Shown here in pieces: positions 7,965 to 15,643 of a stretch of DNA of 55,586 bases. Source of the DNA: a virus (lineage: Duplodnaviria; Caudoviricetes). Location of the stretch: the IMG/VR virus record IMGVR_UViG_3300048838_000528, positions 1 through 55,586 of that record; one strand, written 5' to 3'. Below the pieces are notes generated by a model, which was not told the origin of the DNA, did no database searches, and worked only from the letters and a program-made list of their open reading frames with translations. The first letter of the stretch is position 1, and each line of letters begins with the position of its first letter. Position numbers and translations under genes: made by a program.

Positions 7965-8347
7965 ACACATGTAAATACTGTGGTAAGCCTTTAACACTAA
8001 CTCCAGAATATGACACGTGCATGGAATGTCAAGGACGTATTATGCGTGAAGCAACAATGCCTCGAGGTGTGTTTGCGACTAACTCGACACATCCACAAAT
8101 GATTACCCAAGACCTTGTTATTATGGGTTTAGAGGTTATCAAAAAGAACTCCACGAACAAAGTAGACATTGCTATCATCGATGACGCCATCGAACTTATC
8201 AAGCGTGGTGGTGAGGTTGAAAGGGATGTGAAGAGGTATTTTGAAACACGAAATAAATTGAAAACAATACTACCATCCGTCAAAGACATTACAGAGTTTT
8301 GGGAATTAGAGGAACGATTAGAGAAAGTAGGGAACGAAGATGTATAA
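7961..8347 (+). CDS. hypothetical protein with N-terminal zinc finger
   Basis: CKYC...CMEC. Confidence 0.7.
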   Translation: MNTCKYCGKPLTLTPEYDTCMECQGRIMREATMPRGVFATNSTHPQMITQDLVIMGLEVIKKNSTNKVDIAIIDDAIELIKRGGEVERDVKRYFETRNKLKTILPSVKDITEFWELEERLEKVGNEDV

Positions 8348-8504
8348 AATTGAAGTTAAATATTATGAAGAAGCAAGCGACTTAATACTAATACTGCTTA
8401 ATAACGGTTATAAAAATGTTTTCATAAACATCAAGGAAAATTACCCAAATAAAGATACGTATATTATTACCTATGATGAATATGAGGTAAACAAAGATGT
8501 ATAA
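8340..8504 (+). CDS. 54-aa hypothetical protein
   Basis: fills the gap with coupled overlaps; starts MYKI like the next two genes. Confidence 0.55.
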   Translation: MYKIEVKYYEEASDLILILLNNGYKNVFINIKENYPNKDTYIITYDEYEVNKDV

Positions 8505-8706
8505 GATAGGCGATAAGGTAAAGTATGTCGGTGTTAGACGATTTAATTTAGTTGGTTGTATTGGCACAGTAATGGCGACTAAAGAAGACAATGAATATGA
8601 TGATGATTATAAATTGAGAAGTGATGAAGTATTGGTAGACTTTGGATATGAAGATGACAACGAGTATGTGATTAGATTGAAGCAATTAAAAAAGGTGGTT
8701 GATTAG
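8497..8706 (+). CDS. SH3/KOW-like small protein
   Basis: MYKIGDKVKY start. Confidence 0.7.
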   Translation: MYKIGDKVKYVGVRRFNLVGCIGTVMATKEDNEYDDDYKLRSDEVLVDFGYEDDNEYVIRLKQLKKVVD

Positions 8707-8707
8707 T

Positions 8708-9103
8708 ATGTATAAGATAGGCGATAAGGTGGAATATTGTGGTGAAGTTGTTGAAATCACACAAATATTTGATAGTGATGGTTGCATGGTATCAAATGGG
8801 ACTTTAGAAGCATACGCACATTTAAGTGATTTAGACAAACACAAATCAGCCCACGAGAAGTTAATCGAGATGGGGTGGGAAGAAAAGATACATGATACTG
8901 CTGTTAAGAGTGAAGTTGAGAGTGGCAGATACAAACAGTATGTAAAAGGTAGTGAAGTAATACTTATTGATGTTGAAGATAGAGAGTTCACCACATACAC
9001 GTTATATAACGGTGATAAAGGCGTTTCTGATGTGTCATGGGTTAGTCATGAACTCTCCCGTATCCTCACCGAGTACTTGGAGGAGTTAGAAGGGAAGGAG
9101 TAG
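8708..9103 (+). CDS. protein with SH3/KOW-like N-terminus
   Basis: MYKIGDKVEY start, same first 23 nt as gene 8497. Confidence 0.7.
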   Translation: MYKIGDKVEYCGEVVEITQIFDSDGCMVSNGTLEAYAHLSDLDKHKSAHEKLIEMGWEEKIHDTAVKSEVESGRYKQYVKGSEVILIDVEDREFTTYTLYNGDKGVSDVSWVSHELSRILTEYLEELEGKE

Positions 9104-9108
9104 GAAAG

Positions 9109-9216
9109 ATGAAAAAAATATTAAGAATTATTTTAATTACATTATTTGCACCATTTATTTTTATCGCATATGTTTGGGTGAAAATTGATAATAAATTGGA
9201 TGGTAAACGACAATGA
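9109..9216 (+). CDS. 35-aa single-TM peptide
   Basis: MKKILRIILITLFAPFIFIAYVWVKIDNKLDGKRQ, ATGA overlap. Confidence 0.55.
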   Translation: MKKILRIILITLFAPFIFIAYVWVKIDNKLDGKRQ

Positions 9217-9827
9217 CTAAATCACTTTTAATATCAATTCAACCACAATGGCTTCAAAAAATACTCAATGGTGATAAGACGTATGAGGTGCGTAAGGTAG
9301 TGCCTAAATGGGTGTTAGAGGCATTAGAACGTGGCGAAACTGTCGAGGCGTATTTATATTGCACGAAGGGGAAGCCGTATTTATATTACGGAGATTTAAC
9401 ACAACAATATGAAATTGACGACTATAAAAATAAGTGGGGTGATGAACTCAACGGCACAATCCCCGTCAAAGTGGTGATAGATGGGTATGAAATAATAGAC
9501 AACGAGCCATCATATAAAGATTGTTATGAAAGATATGCAAAACAATCGTGCATGACATTTGAAGAGTGGTATCAATATTTCACATGGTCTAAAACAGGCG
9601 GTGGTTACGCCCTCCACATCTCGAAGGTTGAGATATTTGATGAGGTGATGAAGTTGGGGGAGTTTTATAAGACTATTCACTATCCTAAAACAAGTGAATA
9701 TATGACACCTCATATTTGTGAATATAAAAATGTTATAAAAGCATATTGTGGAAATCAAGATGATTGCTTAAAATCATTTGAACTCAAACGCCCACCCCAA
9801 AACATGATGACCGTATGGGTGAAGTAA
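9213..9827 (+). CDS. ASCH/PUA-domain protein
   Basis: LLISIQPQWLQKILNGDKTYEVRK and C-terminal RPPQ motifs. Confidence 0.8.
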   Translation: MTKSLLISIQPQWLQKILNGDKTYEVRKVVPKWVLEALERGETVEAYLYCTKGKPYLYYGDLTQQYEIDDYKNKWGDELNGTIPVKVVIDGYEIIDNEPSYKDCYERYAKQSCMTFEEWYQYFTWSKTGGGYALHISKVEIFDEVMKLGEFYKTIHYPKTSEYMTPHICEYKNVIKAYCGNQDDCLKSFELKRPPQNMMTVWVK

Positions 9828-10574
9828 ATGGAACTCAATAAGATATATCATGGTGATTCATATAAACTTATCAAAGAAATATCTGATAAAAGCGTGGATT
9901 GCATTTACACGGACGTTCCTTATCTTATGCAAAGTGGTGGCAAAGGCGGTGGTGCTTTTGGAGATAGAGTCCACAACTTAATTAGACGAGATATGGCAAA
10001 TATTATTGAGGGATTTGATTATTCTATTTTAGATGACTTCATAAGAGTGATGAAAAAAGTAAATATATTCATTTGGTGCAATAAAGGCCAATTAAAAGAA
10101 ATTATCAATTACTTCAAAGAATATTCAATGGAAATCATTGTATGGGCAAAAGATAATCCGACACCATTTACAAACAATGTATGGTTAAGTGATTTAGAAT
10201 ATTGTTTATATTTCAGAGAACAAGGCGTGAAGTTAAACGATGGGTATGAGTTGAAATCAAAGTGGTATCAAAGCCCTATTAACAAAAAAGACAAGGACTT
10301 ATACGACCATCCAACTATTAAGCCTTTAGAACTTGTAAAACGCCACATATTACATGCAACACAAGAAAACGATATTGTTTTAGATACATTTTTAGGCAGT
10401 GGCACAACCGCAGTAGCGTGTAAAGAAACATGGCGTAATTATATTGGTTTTGAAATGGATGATGAATATTTTAAAATTGCACAAGATAGAATTAACGGAA
10501 TAAGCCAAGTAGAACGTAGAGAAAAAGATAACGGAATACAAACTATATTCGATTTCATGGCAGGTGAGGAATGA
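9828..10574 (+). CDS. DNA methyltransferase, N6-adenine/N4-cytosine beta class
   Basis: TDVPY (DPPY-like), HPTIKP, VLDTFLGSGTT. Confidence 0.92.
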   Translation: MELNKIYHGDSYKLIKEISDKSVDCIYTDVPYLMQSGGKGGGAFGDRVHNLIRRDMANIIEGFDYSILDDFIRVMKKVNIFIWCNKGQLKEIINYFKEYSMEIIVWAKDNPTPFTNNVWLSDLEYCLYFREQGVKLNDGYELKSKWYQSPINKKDKDLYDHPTIKPLELVKRHILHATQENDIVLDTFLGSGTTAVACKETWRNYIGFEMDDEYFKIAQDRINGISQVERREKDNGIQTIFDFMAGEE

Positions 10575-10672
10575 CACGCCTCATCATCGTAGGCATTATC
10601 CTTATCGTATTAAGCCCACTTCTGATGTGGGGTATTGTGAAGTTAGTGATGAAAGAGAGGGAAAGGGAATGA
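10571..10672 (+). CDS. 33-aa single-TM peptide
   Basis: MTRLIIVGIILIVLSPLLMWGIVKLVMKERERE, ATGA overlaps at both ends. Confidence 0.6.
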   Translation: MTRLIIVGIILIVLSPLLMWGIVKLVMKERERE

Positions 10673-11142
10673 ATAGAGAAATAAAGTTCAGGGGTAAACC
10701 GTTAGAAGATGTTTATTTCGATAATATCGGCGTTCACATTTCAAAGGACGATTTCGTTTATGGCAATTTAATTGTTGATGGCGAACAAGCGTGGATAGTT
10801 AAAGGCGTAATCGAAAGCACAAACGATTACATCACACTTGAACAGTGGATACCTATTGACCCCAACACTATCGGTCAATTCACAGGACAATACGATAGAG
10901 TAGAAAAACCAATATTAGAAATATATAGTGGAGATATAGTTAAAAATATATTTACCAATGAAATATTTGTTATTTTATGGACCATAGAGGGTTATTACAG
11001 TTGCATACCTATTAATATTTACAATAGTGAAAAAAATATATCAAATTATATAGCGGAAATGAAACCGCACTTTACAAATGTATACGATTATTATAATACA
11101 ATGGAAATCATCGGCAACATCCACGATAAGGAGGACGTATGA
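10669..11142 (+). CDS. YopX family protein
   Basis: MNREIKFRG...TIGQFTG...EIYSGDIV...EIIGNIHD. Confidence 0.9.
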   Translation: MNREIKFRGKPLEDVYFDNIGVHISKDDFVYGNLIVDGEQAWIVKGVIESTNDYITLEQWIPIDPNTIGQFTGQYDRVEKPILEIYSGDIVKNIFTNEIFVILWTIEGYYSCIPINIYNSEKNISNYIAEMKPHFTNVYDYYNTMEIIGNIHDKEDV

Positions 11143-11684
11143 AAAAACTATTAGCATTACTCATGGCGGTTATCTTAACGCTTGCGTTGGTTGGGTGTGG
11201 GGATATACTATCTTATGAAAAAAATGATTACTACACCCAAGAAGAAGTAGATGAACTTATTCAAAACGCTATTGATGAACTTCAACAACAAAACACGGAT
11301 GTATTGAAAGCACTTAATGACCGTTACGTTCAAATGGAAATTGGTGATGATAACTTATACTTCCATTGCTATTTAGATGGTATGGTTAAGGCTTGTGAAA
11401 GTGTGAACTATCAAGACCAAATCGATGTGTTATATTCTACCATCGCTGTATTAGAAGATATCATCTTTGAGAACGAAAGACGATTGGATAGTATACCTTT
11501 AGATATTGAAATCATGTATGGCGAGTTCAATGGCGTGGACGATGACAATTATGTATTGGTAATGGTGGGTTCTGTGGAATACAAAACATTTCATATATCC
11601 GATGAAACTATTTATTGGGGCTCTGACATGGTTGTGATTAGAATAGGCGATGTTTACCTATCTTATGTCAATCGAGTTAGATAA
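11139..11684 (+). CDS. lipoprotein
   Basis: MKKLLALLMAVILTLALVG-C signal peptide and lipobox. Confidence 0.8.
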   Translation: MKKLLALLMAVILTLALVGCGDILSYEKNDYYTQEEVDELIQNAIDELQQQNTDVLKALNDRYVQMEIGDDNLYFHCYLDGMVKACESVNYQDQIDVLYSTIAVLEDIIFENERRLDSIPLDIEIMYGEFNGVDDDNYVLVMVGSVEYKTFHISDETIYWGSDMVVIRIGDVYLSYVNRVR

Positions 11685-11687
11685 ACT

Positions 11688-11834
11688 ATGAAAATAACAG
11701 TCGGCATAGATAAACATGGTCGTGATATCGTGATAGACAAACGCAAGCATAAATCCATCTTGCGGAGAATGAAGAAAGGTAATGCTATGGTTGAGTTTCA
11801 TAAATTGTACAGGAGGGATTGTATTGGCAAATAG
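11688..11834 (+). CDS. 48-aa basic hypothetical protein
   Basis: MKITVGIDKHGRDIVIDKRKHK..., fills the gap. Confidence 0.45.
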   Translation: MKITVGIDKHGRDIVIDKRKHKSILRRMKKGNAMVEFHKLYRRDCIGK

Positions 11835-12651
11835 AAATATAGATACTGAAATGTGGAGTGACCCAAAATTCACAGATGATTTTACACCTGAAGATAAATA
11901 TTTTTGGTTGTTTTTACTCACTACAAGGTATGGAAATATTAGTGGATGTTTTGAGGTTACCTATAAACAAATAGCAAGGGAGATGGGATATAGCGATGAT
12001 AGCATAAAAAACCTTGTGTATCGTTTTTCAATACTTCATGGACTTATTACTCACGATGAAAAAACAAATGAAATACTCATTCACAATTGGTATAAGTACA
12101 ATTGGAATAAATCACCATTGGTTGAAAAAAATATCATGAAATTTATATCTCAAATCAAAAGTTCTTTATTACGAGAAATGGTTACTGAAATGTATGAAAA
12201 ATACAAAAATGGTAATACCGTATCAATAGGGTATCGATACCCTACTAATACTATACCTGATACTAATAACATATTAAATGATAAAGAGAAAGACTTAAAA
12301 GATTTAAAGAAAAGTATAATTGATTATACTAATAGTAAGTTGGGAACTAATTATAGGTATCAAACGAAAAACTTAAATGGGCACTTAAATGAAAGAATTA
12401 AAGAGGGTTACGCTTTCGATGATTTTAAATATGTAATTGATGTCAAATATGCCGAATGGCATGACGACCCAATAATGAGTAAATACCTTCGTTATGATAC
12501 GTTATTTGGAACAAAATTTGAGGTGTATAGAAATCAAACGACCTCAAAATCTCACCATCAAAAACCCAAAAACCTCACTAAAGAACAATTTGAGGAGTTG
12601 GAAGAAATCACAAGAAACAAAACGAGCAAGATGTTTGGAGGGATTAAATGA
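11824..12651 (+). CDS. phage replication initiator (DnaD-like N-terminus, conserved phage C-terminal domain)
   Basis: AGGAGG + TTG start; WSDPKF...TPEDKYFWLFLLT; IIDY.N...FKYVIDVK...YLR..TLFGTKFE.Y. Confidence 0.88.
   Translation: MANRNIDTEMWSDPKFTDDFTPEDKYFWLFLLTTRYGNISGCFEVTYKQIAREMGYSDDSIKNLVYRFSILHGLITHDEKTNEILIHNWYKYNWNKSPLVEKNIMKFISQIKSSLLREMVTEMYEKYKNGNTVSIGYRYPTNTIPDTNNILNDKEKDLKDLKKSIIDYTNSKLGTNYRYQTKNLNGHLNERIKEGYAFDDFKYVIDVKYAEWHDDPIMSKYLRYDTLFGTKFEVYRNQTTSKSHHQKPKNLTKEQFEELEEITRNKTSKMFGGIK
12214..12270. promoter_or_regulatory. probable replication origin (iterons) inside the initiator gene
   Basis: perfect 18-bp palindrome tagggtatcgatacccta at 12227-12244 with related atac/gtat units, followed by A-rich sequence. 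Confidence 0.6.
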
Positions 12652-13175
12652 CCTCAATAGATGGTTTTATAGATATTTTAATGTGGGTGAACGCATTTTA
12701 CACGAACTTTAATTTTAAGTTAAAGAATGAGAAAGGCGAGCCATCAACACAATTTCACGTGTGGTATGAAATATTATCACCGTTTGATGAAGATATTTTG
12801 ATGAGTGCTATCAAATCGTTTTGTAAGGAAAGCGTCTACCCACCAAGTAGCCCTGCACAAATCTTGGAATATATCAAAACGAAATTGGTATCCGTGAATG
12901 AAAATGGTGAATTGGTATTTGAGCGTGTAATTGCCAACGTAAGAAAGTTTAGATACGATTTGGAACTTGCTACCAAGAATGAAAACAAAGTGGTACAGGA
13001 CACCGTTAAAGAACTCACAAGCGATTTTAAAGCATGGTATAGTGATAGCGACCAACTTCCGTTCTTAAAACGTAATTTTATTAAGCAATACGAAAAGAAC
13101 TTGACGAACTCGGTATCACACCAAGTGTCGCAAGGCAGATTAGAAACACAAAACATTAAATTATTAGGAGAATAA
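12648..13175 (+). CDS. replicative helicase loader/inhibitor (G39P-like)
   Basis: follows the initiator; VWYEILS.F....AIK.....SVYPP.SPAQI pattern. Confidence 0.65.
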   Translation: MTSIDGFIDILMWVNAFYTNFNFKLKNEKGEPSTQFHVWYEILSPFDEDILMSAIKSFCKESVYPPSSPAQILEYIKTKLVSVNENGELVFERVIANVRKFRYDLELATKNENKVVQDTVKELTSDFKAWYSDSDQLPFLKRNFIKQYEKNLTNSVSHQVSQGRLETQNIKLLGE

Positions 13176-13176
13176 T

Positions 13177-13407
13177 ATGGAACAATTAAAAATTGAATTA
13201 ACTTTTTGCTATAATGATGGCAAGCCATCGAAAAATTTAGAAATTAGTTTATGGCACGGTCATAAACCGTTTGCTTTTAGTGATGATAAAACATTACAAA
13301 AAATTATGGTTCATGGGAAGTCTTTTTATACACAAGAAGAATATGACGCATTTTATAAAGGGATTACGGTTGTTAGAGATAAGATTGTTTCATTTGTAAA
13401 CTTGTAA
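13177..13407 (+). CDS. hypothetical protein
   Basis: AGGAG RBS. Confidence 0.7.
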   Translation: MEQLKIELTFCYNDGKPSKNLEISLWHGHKPFAFSDDKTLQKIMVHGKSFYTQEEYDAFYKGITVVRDKIVSFVNL

Positions 13408-13417
13408 GGAGAATAAG

Positions 13418-13738
13418 ATGAAATTACAACTAAATGAATACGATTTGACGACATTAGAAGAATTATATGATAAAATAAAAATAGGGTTAGGAAACAAGAT
13501 TGCCGAATGTAGAGAAATTGCAGGTTTTCCAAAACGAAGTTACTACGATAGTGCGAAGTCAGCAAACATTTTATTTAATACCGAGAGTGGCAAGAACTTT
13601 CCAAATTTGGATACACTGAATTATTATATGGAACTTTATCAAGTGAATGAACGAACTAAATCGCAACTGTTAGATTTGCATTCACAGGGGAAACAAGTTA
13701 AAAGAGAAATTATAAGAAAGAAGAGAGGGTGGAAGTAA
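13418..13738 (+). CDS. XRE/Cro-like HTH protein
   Basis: LGNKIAECRE.AG...ESGKNFPNLDTL pattern. Confidence 0.55.
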   Translation: MKLQLNEYDLTTLEELYDKIKIGLGNKIAECREIAGFPKRSYYDSAKSANILFNTESGKNFPNLDTLNYYMELYQVNERTKSQLLDLHSQGKQVKREIIRKKRGWK

Positions 13739-13739
13739 A

Positions 13740-14051
13740 ATGAAAGAATTAGAAGTAATACAAAAAAACAAGTTTTATCCTTTAGAATTAGAAAAGTTGG
13801 ATGAAGTTATTAACACAATGAAAAAACAAGATTGCATTATTCAAGTTGGAAGTGGAAATGAACAGGATGGTGGAACCGATAAGTTCACACTACACATTTA
13901 TTGGTGTGAATATGGTTACAGGTTATTGTTTTACACACCAAATGAAAAAGATAGACAAAAAACATTAAAAACAAAAAAAGGTGCGTTAAATAGAATTAAA
14001 AAGTACATTGAAAACGGTGACATTTCACCTACATATTTTTATTTTGGATAA
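13740..14051 (+). CDS. hypothetical protein
   Basis: in-operon ORF. Confidence 0.7.
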   Translation: MKELEVIQKNKFYPLELEKLDEVINTMKKQDCIIQVGSGNEQDGGTDKFTLHIYWCEYGYRLLFYTPNEKDRQKTLKTKKGALNRIKKYIENGDISPTYFYFG

Positions 14052-14068
14052 GAAAAGGAGATTATAAA

Positions 14069-14482
14069 ATGAACCGTATTTTTATGATTGGAAGATTAGT
14101 GCGTGATATTGAAATCAAATCATTGCAAGGCGACAAAAAGGTTGGAAACTTTACGTTAGCCGTAAATCGTGATAGCAACCGTGAACGTGTGGATTTTATT
14201 TCGTGTACGGCTTGGAATAAAACAGCCGAAGTAATTGCAAAATATACAAGTAAAGGTAGTCAAGTATTGGTTGAGGGTGAATTAAACATTGACAAAGTAA
14301 ACGACCAATGGTATACCAAAGTTACTGTTAATAGAGTGGAATTACTTGGCAAGAGTAGCGAACAAAGTAGCGAAGCACAAACTTCAAAACCCTACGAAAC
14401 GCCCGTTCAAGAAGAAGCAAAATTTGAAGATTTTGAAACCGAAACGGAAGATTTTAAGGTAGAAGAAGATACTCCGTTTTAA
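14069..14482 (+). CDS. ssb: single-stranded DNA-binding protein
   Basis: MNRIFMIGRLVRD...FTLAVNR...KGSQVLVEGEL, acidic tail ending PF. Confidence 0.95.
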   Translation: MNRIFMIGRLVRDIEIKSLQGDKKVGNFTLAVNRDSNRERVDFISCTAWNKTAEVIAKYTSKGSQVLVEGELNIDKVNDQWYTKVTVNRVELLGKSSEQSSEAQTSKPYETPVQEEAKFEDFETETEDFKVEEDTPF

Positions 14483-14498
14483 GAAAAGAGGTAATTAA

Positions 14499-15635
14499 AT
14501 GACAAATTTAATAGTAAAAGCGTCTTTATTAGAGGAAGGTTTGATTGACGATGTTAAAAAAATGATTGACGAAAACAAAACATTATTTAGCGATGAAACC
14601 GTTGTTTTAATGGCTGACGCACACAAAGGAAAAGATGTCCCAGTTGGTTTCACAATGACTTTAAGCAAAAATATTGTTCCACCAACATTTGTTTCTTCTG
14701 ATATTGGTTGTGGTATGACTTCTTATTTATTAAACGATATAGTCATATCAAATAAAGATTTAAAAACATTTTCAATGATAGCAAAAGATATCATTCGTGT
14801 TAATAAAAGACTTGACGCAGGAAGCCTTACCGATTATGGGACATTAGGAAACGGGAATCACTTTGTTGAAATTGGAACTAACGGCAAAGACACTCTTATA
14901 ACTGTTCATAGTGGTAGCCGTTCAATCGGTGGAATGGTGTTTAAAAAACATTATGAGGAAGCAAAACAACAATTTCAACAAAAATATCATTCAGTATCAA
15001 AGGAAGAATTAGAATTGATAGAACCAAAGAAAAGACAAGAATATATTAAAAACAAGAAAAAAGAACTTATCATTGAGCCTATACCATATCTTGACTTAAA
15101 TATTTATGGTCTTGAATTATATAAAAAAGAATTAAATGAAACCATAGAAGCAGCAAGAATAAACAGAGAAAAAATATTAAGAGATGTTTATACTACGCTA
15201 TGTTCAATAAATAAAGATTATGTAACAGTAAGGACATTGATTAACACAATACATAATTATGTGGAGTTCTTAGAAGATGGAACAATGATTTTAAGAAAAG
15301 GTTCGATAAATGCTAAAGAGGGTTTAGAAGTTGTTATACCAATTAACATGAAAGATGGTATCATACTCGGAATTTCGTCAAATACTGAAAATGTAAACTT
15401 TTCATTACCTCATGGTGCTGGACGTGTGCTAAGTAGAACAAGAGCATTTGCAGAACTTGATTTAGAAACATTCAAAAAAGATATGGAAGGTATTATATCG
15501 CCGACCGTTAATCAAAATACATTAGATGAAGCACCAAGAGCATATAAAAGAATTGAAACAATACTTAATGATATAACACCATTCTTATCAAAATATGATG
15601 TATTTAAACCCATTTTTAATTTTAAAGGTGAATAG
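14499..15635 (+). CDS. rtcB: RtcB-family RNA ligase
   Basis: DAH, DIGCG, GTLGNGNHFVE, HSGSR, HNY, RKG, HGAGR, DEAP.AYK motifs. Confidence 0.93.
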   Translation: MTNLIVKASLLEEGLIDDVKKMIDENKTLFSDETVVLMADAHKGKDVPVGFTMTLSKNIVPPTFVSSDIGCGMTSYLLNDIVISNKDLKTFSMIAKDIIRVNKRLDAGSLTDYGTLGNGNHFVEIGTNGKDTLITVHSGSRSIGGMVFKKHYEEAKQQFQQKYHSVSKEELELIEPKKRQEYIKNKKKELIIEPIPYLDLNIYGLELYKKELNETIEAARINREKILRDVYTTLCSINKDYVTVRTLINTIHNYVEFLEDGTMILRKGSINAKEGLEVVIPINMKDGIILGISSNTENVNFSLPHGAGRVLSRTRAFAELDLETFKKDMEGIISPTVNQNTLDEAPRAYKRIETILNDITPFLSKYDVFKPIFNFKGE

Positions 15636-15643
15636 GAGGAAAC

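Noticed and set aside
5356-13738. Lysogeny module
   Set aside because: HTH genes are present, but there is no integrase, divergent repressor pair or ParA
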